DNA of 64,000 nt. Origin: Candidatus Obscuribacteraceae bacterium. GTDB lineage: Bacteria; Cyanobacteriota; Vampirovibrionia; Obscuribacterales; Obscuribacteraceae. The notes under the pieces were generated by a model that saw only the letters and a program-made list of their open reading frames with translations, ran no database searches and had not been told where the DNA came from. The translations under genes and the position numbers were made by a program. Numbering within the stretch: position 1 is the first letter of the stretch; the number at the start of each line of letters is the position of its first letter. The stretch lies in NCBI GenBank assembly GCA_044226015.1, contig JBGAHS010000006.1, forward strand, positions 160,001 to 224,000, in the 5' to 3' direction. Below are positions 26,719 to 36,660 of the stretch, piece by piece.

Positions 26719-28140
26719 CTAATTCGGATAACCCCAGAGGTAGCCTTGAGCGTACTGGACGCCCATATCGCGAACCACTTCGAGGTCTTCTCTAGACTCG
26801 ATGCCCTCTGCGACTAGTTCAGCGCCAAGAGCTTGAACAACTTTGACCAGTCTTCTGAGCAGACGTTGCTTTTGCTGATCAACAGCTATACCAGCAACGT
26901 ATTTGATATCAACTTTAACCACATCGGGTTCAAGCAAAATCAAACTCTCCAGCGAACTACGTCCAAAGCCCACATCATCAATACCTACAAGAATGCCAGC
27001 CTTCTTGAAGGCAGAGGTATGTTCCTTCAAGTAAGAAGGGTCACCGATGAATTGTTGTTCGCTTATCTCGACGCAAAATTCGCCAATACTCTTATCTTCA
27101 GGAAACAGGGCTACTAAAGTGTCAATAGGAGTATCGAGAATCGTGGAAGGGAAAAGGTTTACGTCAAATCGAGAACCCGGTTCCAAATTCTTAGCTGCCG
27201 CTATACAAGCTGTGAGACAGCGAAGATCTACCCTGGATAGAATATTGTTTTCTATTGCGACTCGGAAAAAGTCATAAGGCATTTCAAAAGCGCCAGCTGG
27301 TCCACGGCTGAGAAGTTCATAGCCAACCTTTTTCTCGTCAGCCAGGCGGTACATCGCATGTTTGACACAACGGAAGCAATCGCCCTGGCGAAGAACCTGA
27401 ACAATTTCGAGGTCACGTTTCGAAACTTCACTGGTGCTGCCTGATGTATGCGCTTCTTCAGCCTGCTCGCCAGTTGAAACGCGGTTCTTACCGGTTTTCT
27501 TCGAAAGCTTGAGTGCATGGCGCATTAATGACAAAAGCTCTTCGACTGAAGCGATCTCATAGGGAAGCGGCGCCACACCGATGCTAGCTGTCATGAAAAT
27601 GTTGTCGTTTGAATTTCTAATTGGACTTTCCGCTACACAGAGCCTGACTCTCTCTGCGATGAGCAAAGCCTCAGCAATTTGCGTGTCAGTCAGCAAAATT
27701 ACAAATTGGTCGCCGCCAATTCTGCCCACGTAATCTGATGGTCGCAATGTGGTCGTTATGCGCATGACCATTTCTTTCAGGACAACATCGCCAACGGCGT
27801 GCCCAAGACCTTCATTGATACGTCCAAAATCATCGCAATCGAGAAGCATGCCGACTATCGGAGATCCCGTCCTCTTTGCGCGGTTGATCTCAGCTGTAAG
27901 TATTCGCTCGAACCCTCTTCTGTTACTCAAATCAGTAAGTGGGTCGATCGTTGCCAGCTCATCAAGTTTTCGCCGCAGCTCGTCAAGTTGTGACTTGACG
28001 CTTTCAAGAGCTTCAGCCGACTCAGCCACCTCTCTCTGATGTTTCCTCACAAGATTGCGCTTAGATTTCAAGCCCGTGAAAGCAAACACGGCCAGGCTAA
28101 TTGCGAGTAAAAGTAGGATGATAGTAATCGGTTCGTTCAA
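26719..28140 (-). CDS. Membrane-anchored GGDEF-EAL protein
   Basis: N-terminal TM and coiled coil; DPLT, RPSD...GGDQF; ELL, IDDVG, AEGIE and QGY motifs. Confidence 0.93.
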   Translation of the reverse strand: MNEPITIILLLLAISLAVFAFTGLKSKRNLVRKHQREVAESAEALESVKSQLDELRRKLDELATIDPLTDLSNRRGFERILTAEINRAKRTGSPIVGMLLDCDDFGRINEGLGHAVGDVVLKEMVMRITTTLRPSDYVGRIGGDQFVILLTDTQIAEALLIAERVRLCVAESPIRNSNDNIFMTASIGVAPLPYEIASVEELLSLMRHALKLSKKTGKNRVSTGEQAEEAHTSGSTSEVSKRDLEIVQVLRQGDCFRCVKHAMYRLADEKKVGYELLSRGPAGAFEMPYDFFRVAIENNILSRVDLRCLTACIAAAKNLEPGSRFDVNLFPSTILDTPIDTLVALFPEDKSIGEFCVEISEQQFIGDPSYLKEHTSAFKKAGILVGIDDVGFGRSSLESLILLEPDVVKVDIKYVAGIAVDQQKQRLLRRLVKVVQALGAELVAEGIESREDLEVVRDMGVQYAQGYLWGYPN

Positions 28141-28281
28141 GCCAGTTCCTGATCGGACTGCGCGACTTCCCTGCTCAAGACGTCATGTGCAGCGGTAAGC
28201 TCATACAGCTTACTGGTATGATTAACGCTTAGCAAAACTGTGTCAAGACGTCTAATTACCGATTATTGTTGATTTTAAGAA

Positions 28282-28497
28282 ATGAGCGACGAACAAGGGT
28301 TTGACTACATCCAACTCGACCAATTTTTGAAGCTGATGAATGTCGTTTCTTCTGGTGGGGAAGCAAAGCATTTCATCAAAGAGGGAAATGTAAGGGTCAA
28401 CGGTGAACCCGAGACTAGACGTGGACGGAAGCTGCGAAAGGGCGACCTGGTCGAGATAGGTGGACAAAAATTTACCGTCCAAGAGCTCGGTAAATAG
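28282..28497 (+). CDS. S4-domain RNA-binding protein (YbcJ/YaaA-like)
   Basis: IQLDQFLK...SGGEAK...VNGE.ETRRGRKL. Confidence 0.93.
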   Translation: MSDEQGFDYIQLDQFLKLMNVVSSGGEAKHFIKEGNVRVNGEPETRRGRKLRKGDLVEIGGQKFTVQELGK

Positions 28498-28591
28498 AGC
28501 GCTTGGAAACACCTTAAAAGAGCTTCAGGCTTTATAGTGCGACAATTTATTAAACTTGTTATAAACCATTAGTGAGTACTCGAGGTTTAGC

Positions 28592-29266
28592 ATGAAGTTT
28601 CACTCAAATATGTTTGGTTGGGAATACGTTTGGCGCGACTTTGCGGATAGCAAGGGTGGCAAAGTCGTTAGCGACGATACCAAAGACGGAGATCCAATCA
28701 GCGCCATGCACTTGCCCGTAGAAGGCACCAGTGCATGGGTCACGATCACTCCAGTCCGCGGCAAAACCAATAAAGCCAGCGGAACAATTGCTTCTATGCA
28801 CTATTCTCCTGCCGAGAATTTTGCATTTCGCATCCGCACCGAAAAAGGTGTGGACCAGCTTGGTAAAGTCTTGGGAATGCAAGACATCCAGCTTGGTGAC
28901 GCTGAATTCGATAAGTCCTATCTGATTCAGGGAACGGACGAAGGCAAGGTCAGAAACCTGTTTTCAGACATGAAGTTGCGCGACTTGATTCTCCAGAATA
29001 AGGTCAGCGAGCTAAGACTGGTTGCAAACAGTGAAGGTCTACCTTCTGAGCATCTTGTGCCAAACGGTCGTCATGCAGTTGTGTACAGTTTTGACCAGAC
29101 TCTCGAAAAATTCGACCAGCTGGAATCTCTGTATGCGATTTTGACATCAGTTGTCCACAGAATTGGAAGTATTCCAGCTCTTGCCGGCGACGATGTTGAA
29201 TGCAGCGAGCCAGTCGAAGAAGTGCATTCAAAGAAACTGCATAGCCCATTGCTCGACATGGCATAG
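28592..29266 (+). CDS. Hypothetical protein
   Basis: 224 aa; GAGGT RBS; GMQDIQLGDAEFDK motif. Confidence 0.8.
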   Translation: MKFHSNMFGWEYVWRDFADSKGGKVVSDDTKDGDPISAMHLPVEGTSAWVTITPVRGKTNKASGTIASMHYSPAENFAFRIRTEKGVDQLGKVLGMQDIQLGDAEFDKSYLIQGTDEGKVRNLFSDMKLRDLILQNKVSELRLVANSEGLPSEHLVPNGRHAVVYSFDQTLEKFDQLESLYAILTSVVHRIGSIPALAGDDVECSEPVEEVHSKKLHSPLLDMA

Positions 29267-29293
29267 AAGCTAGAAAATTAAGAGAGTGTGTCG

Positions 29294-29323
29294 GAGTGGG
29301 TCGAATGATCCACTCTCTTTTTT
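29294..29323 (+). terminator. Intrinsic terminator between convergent genes
   Basis: GAGTGGGTC-GAAT-GATCCACTC followed by TCTTTTTT. Confidence 0.75.
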
Positions 29324-30869
29324 ATTTCAAAGGTTTGCTTTTTGTTGGAGCAAGTCTAGCGCTGTGAATTTCGTAAATCTTGCCGTTGCTGTTTTTGGCG
29401 GCTTGGACAAGATCCACGTAGGGCACATCGCAGACAGAGACAAATCCATTAAATGAGTTCTCGCCGTCACCTCGTCCAGCAAGTGGCTCATCAATGTATT
29501 GAAAGTAATGAGTTCCAACAATAAAAGGCTTTGAAGCTGCTGTTTCGACATAGTAACTATATGCGATACCACGTTCTTTCTGGCTTTTGACAGGAACGTA
29601 TGCTGCCATAAGACCTTCATCTATACTGTCAAAGGCAAATTCACCTATCAAAATTGGCTTAGCTGTCATTTTATAGTAGCGATCAGAATCCTTGCTAAGC
29701 GAATAATCGTAATGGTTGAAACTGAGCACATCTGTGTACTTTGCACTTGCAATTACAATGTCATCAGACGGTGCAGCTATGCGACTCCCAAGAATCAAGT
29801 GATTAGGATCTGCCGACTTCATTGCTTTGTACCATCCAGAGTAAAAGCGTTCAGCAAAAGTGCGCCGAAACACTTTCATATCAGATTCAGCTTTTTGACT
29901 TGGCTTTAGACTCCAGCGTAGCTCATCAAATGACCGGGCAGAACATTTCCAAGCCTGGCATAGATTTGTGATGTTGCCATATTCTTTTTGCAGATGGGAA
30001 ATCCAGTATTTTCTGCATGGTTGAGATGGCTTAAGAGCTAAGACATCTGACGCAAGATTCCACCAGGGCATTTCGTTGTCGAGAAAATAGCCGACGAGGT
30101 ACTTATCATTCTTGTGTGAAGACATTTTTGATGCGACTCGCAAAGCTTCTGATTCAAAATTAGCCTCGAAGGGATCAGCAATATCACCATCAATGTAAGT
30201 TACATTTTTTAGCTCCCACATGGGTGGACCCATGCTCACATACGGAAAGGACGGAAGTTTTTCAGACCAATTCCCTGTGCCAGTGAAGCTCCAATCAATA
30301 CAACGTCTCAACCCTCTCTCTTCGAATTTTCTCGTCCAATCTTTCTTGTATTTTCGAATCAAATTACAGACATAGAATGACAGCTGCCCGCTTTTGTCGT
30401 AGCCGTCTGCAAATTCGGACTTACTGGCAGGAAGCCACTCGTAGTACTTCCTCTTTGCCTTATCTATGACTGTGTGTGCCCCGGCTCCCAAGCAGTCTAG
30501 CCCCAAGGAATAATACAACCGACCAGTAGGGGCAATAAACCACCATCTATCGCCAATTTTTTCGACCCTAAAAAAGCCCGTTGCCCTCCTCGCCCCCTCT
30601 GCTTTCCATGCTTGAAACTCGTCGCGTGAATAATCTTTCTTGCTTGCGTTAAGAGTCGCTAGCTCTTTGTTTTCCAGCTTAATCAGGCTATTTTCGTCTG
30701 CCACTTTGCCTGACCAGCTCGTATTCTTATTCTGACCAAATTTATCTATCCAAACATGGTCAGGAAACTCCAACTTAATATGGTCAATCTCATTAGCATG
30801 CACCGTATTTAGTGCCCTACTCATGAATAGAATTGCTGTGCAAAGAACCCAGCCATAATTCTTTTGCAT
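29322..30869 (-). CDS. Exported clan GH-A glycoside hydrolase, GH50/beta-agarase-like
   Basis: Signal peptide; TGFFRVEK..DRWW, GNWS, GYFLDNE, DPNHLILG, LIGEF and HYFQY.DEP..GR.DGEN motifs. Confidence 0.85.
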   Translation of the reverse strand: MQKNYGWVLCTAILFMSRALNTVHANEIDHIKLEFPDHVWIDKFGQNKNTSWSGKVADENSLIKLENKELATLNASKKDYSRDEFQAWKAEGARRATGFFRVEKIGDRWWFIAPTGRLYYSLGLDCLGAGAHTVIDKAKRKYYEWLPASKSEFADGYDKSGQLSFYVCNLIRKYKKDWTRKFEERGLRRCIDWSFTGTGNWSEKLPSFPYVSMGPPMWELKNVTYIDGDIADPFEANFESEALRVASKMSSHKNDKYLVGYFLDNEMPWWNLASDVLALKPSQPCRKYWISHLQKEYGNITNLCQAWKCSARSFDELRWSLKPSQKAESDMKVFRRTFAERFYSGWYKAMKSADPNHLILGSRIAAPSDDIVIASAKYTDVLSFNHYDYSLSKDSDRYYKMTAKPILIGEFAFDSIDEGLMAAYVPVKSQKERGIAYSYYVETAASKPFIVGTHYFQYIDEPLAGRGDGENSFNGFVSVCDVPYVDLVQAAKNSNGKIYEIHSARLAPTKSKPLK

Positions 30870-30872
30870 CAG

Positions 30873-32009
30873 CTATTTATTCTTTTGCGCAGCTGCAGCA
30901 GGCTTACTTGTACTGTTTTTTGCAGCCCCAGCAAGATTCGCGACCTTCACAGAGTTCATGATTTGCCAGAACGCTGGTGCGAGCCTGCGGTAATCGTTTT
31001 TAGGGCACCAGCCTCTCAAGTCGTAAACCGCACCGGGGTTACCAAAATAGCAATGCATCTCGTAATAGTCTTCACCGCTTTCATGTGGATAAGAGACTAC
31101 GACTAACGCTCCTCTGTAGCTACCCTGACCAATTTCGGCTTGCTCATATCGTTCAAACTTGCAACCGCCATAATTGAAAGTTTTCCTCTGCCCTAGAGCT
31201 AGCTCGGCCGCTGAAGACTTGCCAGCGTGATAATAAAACTCGATATTATTTTCGAAGCGACTCGCTCTTGAACTCAAGCGCAACAGTTTGCCATCTTTGT
31301 GGATAACATCCTCGTCCACAACCCATCCATTCGGAATGTCGAAGCTATATCCATACTTCACTGAACTGAACCTCGGTCCACATGCCTTAGGTGCATCTTT
31401 CTGCGTTAGCGAGGATGACTTATTTTTGTCAACTGCCTCTTGAATCGACGCAAACGTTGCTGTTGATGTCTTGCTTTCACTCTGGCTAGACTCTACCTTA
31501 GGTTCGACCGGAACAGCTGCTGCCAGTTTATTGTCAGTTTCAGGTGAAGAGCCGGCTGAAGCATCGTTCGTATTGGCGTTGTTTGAACCTTCGTCTCGTT
31601 TGACTATTCTCAATGAATCCAAATACTCTTCCATTGAGATAAGGTTAGATGCAAGAGCTTTGACCTCAGCTCTGGTTACAATTACTTCGTTGAAAGAACC
31701 TTTGCCATCCGGCTCATAGAAGTCCACAGTCAGACGCGCAAGACCAAAATCGTTATTGATAAAGAGCTCTTTTGCCATAAGTGTAGCGTCAATTTTGCAG
31801 TCCTTTTTGCGATCTTTCGACTCCTTAAATCCATATGTCGAAACAACAGCCTCTCCTCCTCCTACTTTTGCCAATATTTTGACGCCAGGAGCAACCAGCT
31901 GTTTCTTCTCGATTGCATCAATCACTTTTTTTTCATCGACTTCAGCAGCAAAGGCAACGCTGGACAGAGCTGACAATACTAGCAAAAGAGTCAGGAGTAT
32001 TTTATTCAT
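30873..32009 (-). CDS. Exported protein with 'DCKIDA' N-domain and a PsbP/Mog1-like C-domain
   Basis: Signal peptide ending AFA; DCKIDATLMAK; YGYSFDIPNGW. Confidence 0.75.
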   Translation of the reverse strand: MNKILLTLLLVLSALSSVAFAAEVDEKKVIDAIEKKQLVAPGVKILAKVGGGEAVVSTYGFKESKDRKKDCKIDATLMAKELFINNDFGLARLTVDFYEPDGKGSFNEVIVTRAEVKALASNLISMEEYLDSLRIVKRDEGSNNANTNDASAGSSPETDNKLAAAVPVEPKVESSQSESKTSTATFASIQEAVDKNKSSSLTQKDAPKACGPRFSSVKYGYSFDIPNGWVVDEDVIHKDGKLLRLSSRASRFENNIEFYYHAGKSSAAELALGQRKTFNYGGCKFERYEQAEIGQGSYRGALVVVSYPHESGEDYYEMHCYFGNPGAVYDLRGWCPKNDYRRLAPAFWQIMNSVKVANLAGAAKNSTSKPAAAAQKNK

Positions 32010-32033
32010 TGAACACCTCTGTCGATAGACTGC

Positions 32034-33881
32034 TTATTTGCTGAAAGTTTCAATTTGCCTGCTTTTATCGAAAATGCGGGTGATGTCGGGACCCTTGTTT
32101 ACATGTTTCTCGAGTTCGTCCAGCAAAGCCTCACACTCTTTAAGTTCAATGCTGCTATGAGTCCTTTTGCATGCGTCAATTGCAGAGGCGAATTCGCCAC
32201 GAAGCTGTTTTAGATCACATCTATTGATCAGGGTTTTCATCTCTTGTAGGTACTTCTGCGCAACTTGGTGATTCCTATTCAAAATGTTGAGTCTTAGCAT
32301 TTGAATCTCAGCATAAACGACATTGTTTGGCATATCAGCAAGTGTACTAGCATTTTTTAGCTCATCGAGGTATTTTTCAGCCTCTGTGCATTTGTCCAAG
32401 CGAGAAAAAGTCACGGCACATCGTCTTAAAGCTGTGAGGTATTCTTCAGATGATGGCTCTGTAAAAGCAGATGCAGCTGTGAAGTGCTTCACTGCATCGA
32501 CACAATTTTCCTCATCGAGGTACGCATTACCGAGTTCCAGCTCCACTCGATAATGCAATTGCTGTGAATTAATAGAATTTCTCTCCATGAACGAAAGTAG
32601 CTCGCTCAATTTCTTGATGCGTTGCTCTTTACCCTTAGGATCACGCGCAACCTCACACCAGAGGAGTGCGGCTGTTACGTATTTTTCCAGGTCCTTTTCA
32701 GCAAGGGATGCTTCCATGGCTTTCTGGCAATAGTGTTTGGCCTCGGCAATTTGCTCAGGGTTAGTTCTATGACCAGTAATTCTCTGAGAGTCATAAGCAG
32801 ATCTAAGCCAGTCGTCAGCGGCGCGGGTTTCTTCAATCTGCTTGGAGAGAACAGCGAATGTAGTTTTTCTAGCTGGGCGTGAGATGCTAAGCCTTTCCTT
32901 TCTTGATGATTGGTAGACAAAGACGGCAACAAAAAGAAGAACTATCGCAAGGACAGCAGCCAGGATTTTTACTACATTTCTAAATGGAATTGGCTGAGCG
33001 GCTACTTCTAAATTTGAGTCAGAAAGAATACTCAACGCAGAATGCATCTCTTCTGCCGATTGGTAACGCTCATTACTTATCTTCGCCATTGCTTTCAAGA
33101 CTATTTTTTTGATGGATTGAGGCAGCTGAGGACTTGAAGGAAAAACCGGTTTTGAGTGCAAGTGTTCGTTCATCACTAGCAGGTCAGTAGCTGCGTTGAA
33201 TGGTGGCAGTCCGGTCAGCGACTCGAACATTACAGCACCTAGCGAGTACAAATCAGATGCCGGTGTAAGAGATTCCGCCCTGCATTGTTCTGGACTCATA
33301 TAGTTCGGAGTGCCGGTGACGGTTCCAGCCTGTGTGAGGGAGGTGTTATTCTCCGGGTCATCGAATAATTTGGCTAATCCAAAATCGATCAACTTAGCAC
33401 TTTCAGAGCTGAGCATTATATTTGCAGGTTTGATATCTCTGTGAATGACGCCGTTTTGGTGGGCGTAATCTAACGCCTTCAACAAATCGGAGAAAACCTG
33501 GATGAAGTGACTCACGCTAAGGAATTTTTTCTCTTCCAAAAATTCTGCCAGTGGCTTACCTTCAGCAAAATCCATAACCAAGTATGGTTGCTCTTTCCAA
33601 ACCCCGCAAGCTTTCACTGCAACTAGATTCGGATGATTCAATTGGCTAGCAATTTGCGCCTCTCTTTTGAATCTAGCTAGTCTGACTTCATCGCTTATCA
33701 GCTCTTTTCTGACGAACTTCAAGGCAACAGTTTGATCGAGAATAAGATGTGTTGCGCGGTAAACCAGCCCGCTTGCTCCACCTCCCAGAAGTTCTTCCAG
33801 GCGATATTTGTCGTCGACAACAACTCCTATGCCGATAGGGTCAGACGAATTTCCTAGTAAAGCAGGCTCGATGTTTGACAT
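32034..33881 (-). CDS. Transmembrane Ser/Thr kinase with a TPR-like external region
   Basis: GGGASG, VALK, HRDIKPAN, DFG and GTPNYMSPE motifs; TM near residues 305-325. Confidence 0.92.
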   Translation of the reverse strand: MSNIEPALLGNSSDPIGIGVVVDDKYRLEELLGGGASGLVYRATHLILDQTVALKFVRKELISDEVRLARFKREAQIASQLNHPNLVAVKACGVWKEQPYLVMDFAEGKPLAEFLEEKKFLSVSHFIQVFSDLLKALDYAHQNGVIHRDIKPANIMLSSESAKLIDFGLAKLFDDPENNTSLTQAGTVTGTPNYMSPEQCRAESLTPASDLYSLGAVMFESLTGLPPFNAATDLLVMNEHLHSKPVFPSSPQLPQSIKKIVLKAMAKISNERYQSAEEMHSALSILSDSNLEVAAQPIPFRNVVKILAAVLAIVLLFVAVFVYQSSRKERLSISRPARKTTFAVLSKQIEETRAADDWLRSAYDSQRITGHRTNPEQIAEAKHYCQKAMEASLAEKDLEKYVTAALLWCEVARDPKGKEQRIKKLSELLSFMERNSINSQQLHYRVELELGNAYLDEENCVDAVKHFTAASAFTEPSSEEYLTALRRCAVTFSRLDKCTEAEKYLDELKNASTLADMPNNVVYAEIQMLRLNILNRNHQVAQKYLQEMKTLINRCDLKQLRGEFASAIDACKRTHSSIELKECEALLDELEKHVNKGPDITRIFDKSRQIETFSK

Positions 33882-33903
33882 CGCTTCTCCGAAAAATCAC
33901 TTG

Positions 33904-35496
33904 TTAGTCCAATGGAGTTCTTATCAAACAAGCGTTCATTAGCTGTTGGACCAGAAGCTTTTCCTTCTCAGCTTCACGCTCATTTATTTGTACTTCTACC
34001 CGCTGAGCCAGATCTTCAACTTTTCGAGGAGCAAAACTGAACGTGTCGCTGATAGTTTTTAAGATCACGAGAGTCAATTTTGCGGCACATAGCTTCGGGC
34101 GGTTAATCGCCAGCTTGCCCCAATAAGCCATTCGATAGGAGAGCGAATGTTTGTAAATCAAGTCGCAGAGGTTGAGGTGATAGGCATACATCAGGGAAAC
34201 AAAGTCTGTCAACACCTTTTCGGGGTCGCGCCTGTATAGCGGATTCGCGCACCTTTCATTGTGCTTCTTTATTGTTAGCTCGTAACTGGCTACAGCTTTG
34301 CTTACTATAAGAGCTCTGTCAAAGTGCTCAAGGGACCTTTTTCGAGCTGCCTCACCCATTCTTTTGCGAAGGTTTTCGTCTTGCGCGAGTTTGATAATGG
34401 CTTCGGCAAGTGCACTAGCATTTCGAGGTGGTACTACAAAACCTGTTTCATTGTGCGCAATGTATTCCTTCGACCCGCCTGCAGAAGTTCCAACGACTGG
34501 CTTGCCGCTAGCCTGAGCCTCTAGTACCGTATATGGTGCGTTCTCGTACAAAGAAGGCACAACACAGATATCACCTGACCTATAGTGTGCTGGCATTTGA
34601 TCAAGTGGCACATGACTGATGAATTGAACGGCAGATTCGCAGCCGAAATCTTTCAGTTTTTTCTTAAGAGCTGCCAGCACAGAGCTTTTACCCGGACCTG
34701 TGCTAGTGTCGGCACCCACAATGATAAATCTCGCACCAGGTACCTGCTTAAGAACCTGAGGAACAGCCTCTACAAGGTAATGAACACCTTTTCGTTCTTC
34801 GAGCCGTCCAGCAAAAAAGATACTTATTCGGCCGTCTGCTGCGATTGCCTTTTCCCCTTCCGGAGTAAATCTCTTGCAGTCAACAGGATTGTGGACAATT
34901 ACGATATCATCAAGTTTAACAGCCGTGTCAGATGCAACGTACTCGGCAAGATCTTTGCTCGGTGATGATAGGACATCTGCCTCCAGCATCGCAGCTCGCT
35001 CTAGAATTGCAACTAATTCCTGGTCGAACGATGCGCTCAGATTATGATATTTCTCGACGATGAATTTTGAATGAGGTGTATGAAGACGCACTAACAAGGG
35101 ACAAATTCTTGTAAGAGAAGGAAACAATGCCTCCGCAAGATGCTCTGGGGCTTCAACGATATCAAACGGCTTTACACTGTGCCTTTCGAGGAATTTACGC
35201 CAGACAGCCAGGCACGATTTCAAAACAAAATGGCTGTACGGAACAGAAATCCATACTGTGCTAAGTTCTTGCAAAAGTGATCCCCAGGCAGCTCTATACA
35301 CAGGAACTGCAGAGGGATCAGTCTCCATACCAACGGGACCTGTCGGTTCTTCGGTAACTTCTTTCTTGCACAATGATATGACTTCTACATCGTGTCCAGC
35401 TTCTTTCAAAGCCTTCGCGTGCTGAAACGCATATGCGCCGATTCCGCCCCAGCCAGTGTCTGGTGGATATTCTCTGGAAATAATGCAAATGCGCAA
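33904..35496 (-). CDS. GT4 glycosyltransferase
   Basis: ISREYPP..GGIG, GRLEERKG and PSLYEN...LEA motifs. Confidence 0.93.
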   Translation of the reverse strand: MRICIISREYPPDTGWGGIGAYAFQHAKALKEAGHDVEVISLCKKEVTEEPTGPVGMETDPSAVPVYRAAWGSLLQELSTVWISVPYSHFVLKSCLAVWRKFLERHSVKPFDIVEAPEHLAEALFPSLTRICPLLVRLHTPHSKFIVEKYHNLSASFDQELVAILERAAMLEADVLSSPSKDLAEYVASDTAVKLDDIVIVHNPVDCKRFTPEGEKAIAADGRISIFFAGRLEERKGVHYLVEAVPQVLKQVPGARFIIVGADTSTGPGKSSVLAALKKKLKDFGCESAVQFISHVPLDQMPAHYRSGDICVVPSLYENAPYTVLEAQASGKPVVGTSAGGSKEYIAHNETGFVVPPRNASALAEAIIKLAQDENLRKRMGEAARKRSLEHFDRALIVSKAVASYELTIKKHNERCANPLYRRDPEKVLTDFVSLMYAYHLNLCDLIYKHSLSYRMAYWGKLAINRPKLCAAKLTLVILKTISDTFSFAPRKVEDLAQRVEVQINEREAEKEKLLVQQLMNACLIRTPLD

Positions 35497-35562
35497 AACA
35501 AGGTTCCTTCAAACAATCGCTTGAAGATTACCCTATTTAGTGCTGATTAACATTGACCCGCC

Positions 35563-36642
35563 CTAATGGAGAGAGCCAACTTTGCCCTGTACATAACGCT
35601 GAAAACGTTGTTTATCAGTGGCTTTCATGTATACGTCTTCAGGGTCAGCTTTGCGGTCTTGCAAGAGTTTTTCCAGCGACGCGTCCATCAATATCATTCC
35701 TTGTGAACCACCAGATTGAATATGCGTTTTGATCATATTCATGTTGCCTTCACGTATAGCATTACCAAGTCCAGGGCTCGAAATAAGGATTTCATTTGCG
35801 CAAAAACGACTCTTTCCATCAGCCCCGCGCACAAGCAATTGAGAACATATAGCGACTAGTGAACCGGCGAGCATTGTGCGGACCGCAGGTTGCTGAGAAG
35901 CGGGAAAGACGTCCACAATTCTATCGATTGTTTTTGATGCAGAGTTTGTATGAAGAGTCCCAAAAACGAGAAATCCCATTTCTGCGGCAGTCAGCGCGAG
36001 CCTGATAGTTTCGAGGTCACGCATTTCACCGACCAGAATAACATCGGGATCTTCCCTGGTTGCAGCTCTCAAAGCTGAGTCAAAAGTCTGGCAGTGAGCT
36101 CCAACCTCGCGGTGTGTAATCATAGCCTTCTTCGGTGTGTGGACAAACTCAAGGGGGTCTTCAATTGTGACTATATGCTTTGCATATTTTTCATTTATCT
36201 CATTGATGATGCCTGCGAGTGTCGTTGATTTACCACTTCCAGTTGGACCAGTCACGAGAATCAATCCGCGTGAATAATCAGCGAACGTAGAAACAACTGG
36301 TGGCAAATTCAATTGTGAAAGTGGTTTGATCTTTTCCGGAATTATACGGAAGCAGGCTGCAGGTCCCTCGTTTTGCCAGAAATAATTACAACGAAACCTT
36401 GCAATGCCTTCGAGTGCGTGCGCGAAATCGAGGTCTTTATCTTTCAAGTAAAGTGCCTGTTGCTCTTCATCGAGAATCTCCAACAGCAATACTTTCACCA
36501 TATCTAGTGTCATATTGGGAGCGTTCTCTACATTCACGATGGTTCCATGTACTCTCATCTTAGGCGGCTCTCCAACCACCATAAACAAGTCAGACCCATC
36601 TTTATCTCTCAAATGTTTAAACAACGCATCAATTTTTGCCAT
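35563..36642 (-). CDS. pilT: Type IV pilus retraction ATPase
   Basis: GPTGSGKST, TIEDP, REDPDVILVGEMRD and TLHT motifs. Confidence 0.93.
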   Translation of the reverse strand: MAKIDALFKHLRDKDGSDLFMVVGEPPKMRVHGTIVNVENAPNMTLDMVKVLLLEILDEEQQALYLKDKDLDFAHALEGIARFRCNYFWQNEGPAACFRIIPEKIKPLSQLNLPPVVSTFADYSRGLILVTGPTGSGKSTTLAGIINEINEKYAKHIVTIEDPLEFVHTPKKAMITHREVGAHCQTFDSALRAATREDPDVILVGEMRDLETIRLALTAAEMGFLVFGTLHTNSASKTIDRIVDVFPASQQPAVRTMLAGSLVAICSQLLVRGADGKSRFCANEILISSPGLGNAIREGNMNMIKTHIQSGGSQGMILMDASLEKLLQDRKADPEDVYMKATDKQRFQRYVQGKVGSLH

Positions 36643-36660
36643 TTTGCATTCCCCTTAATT

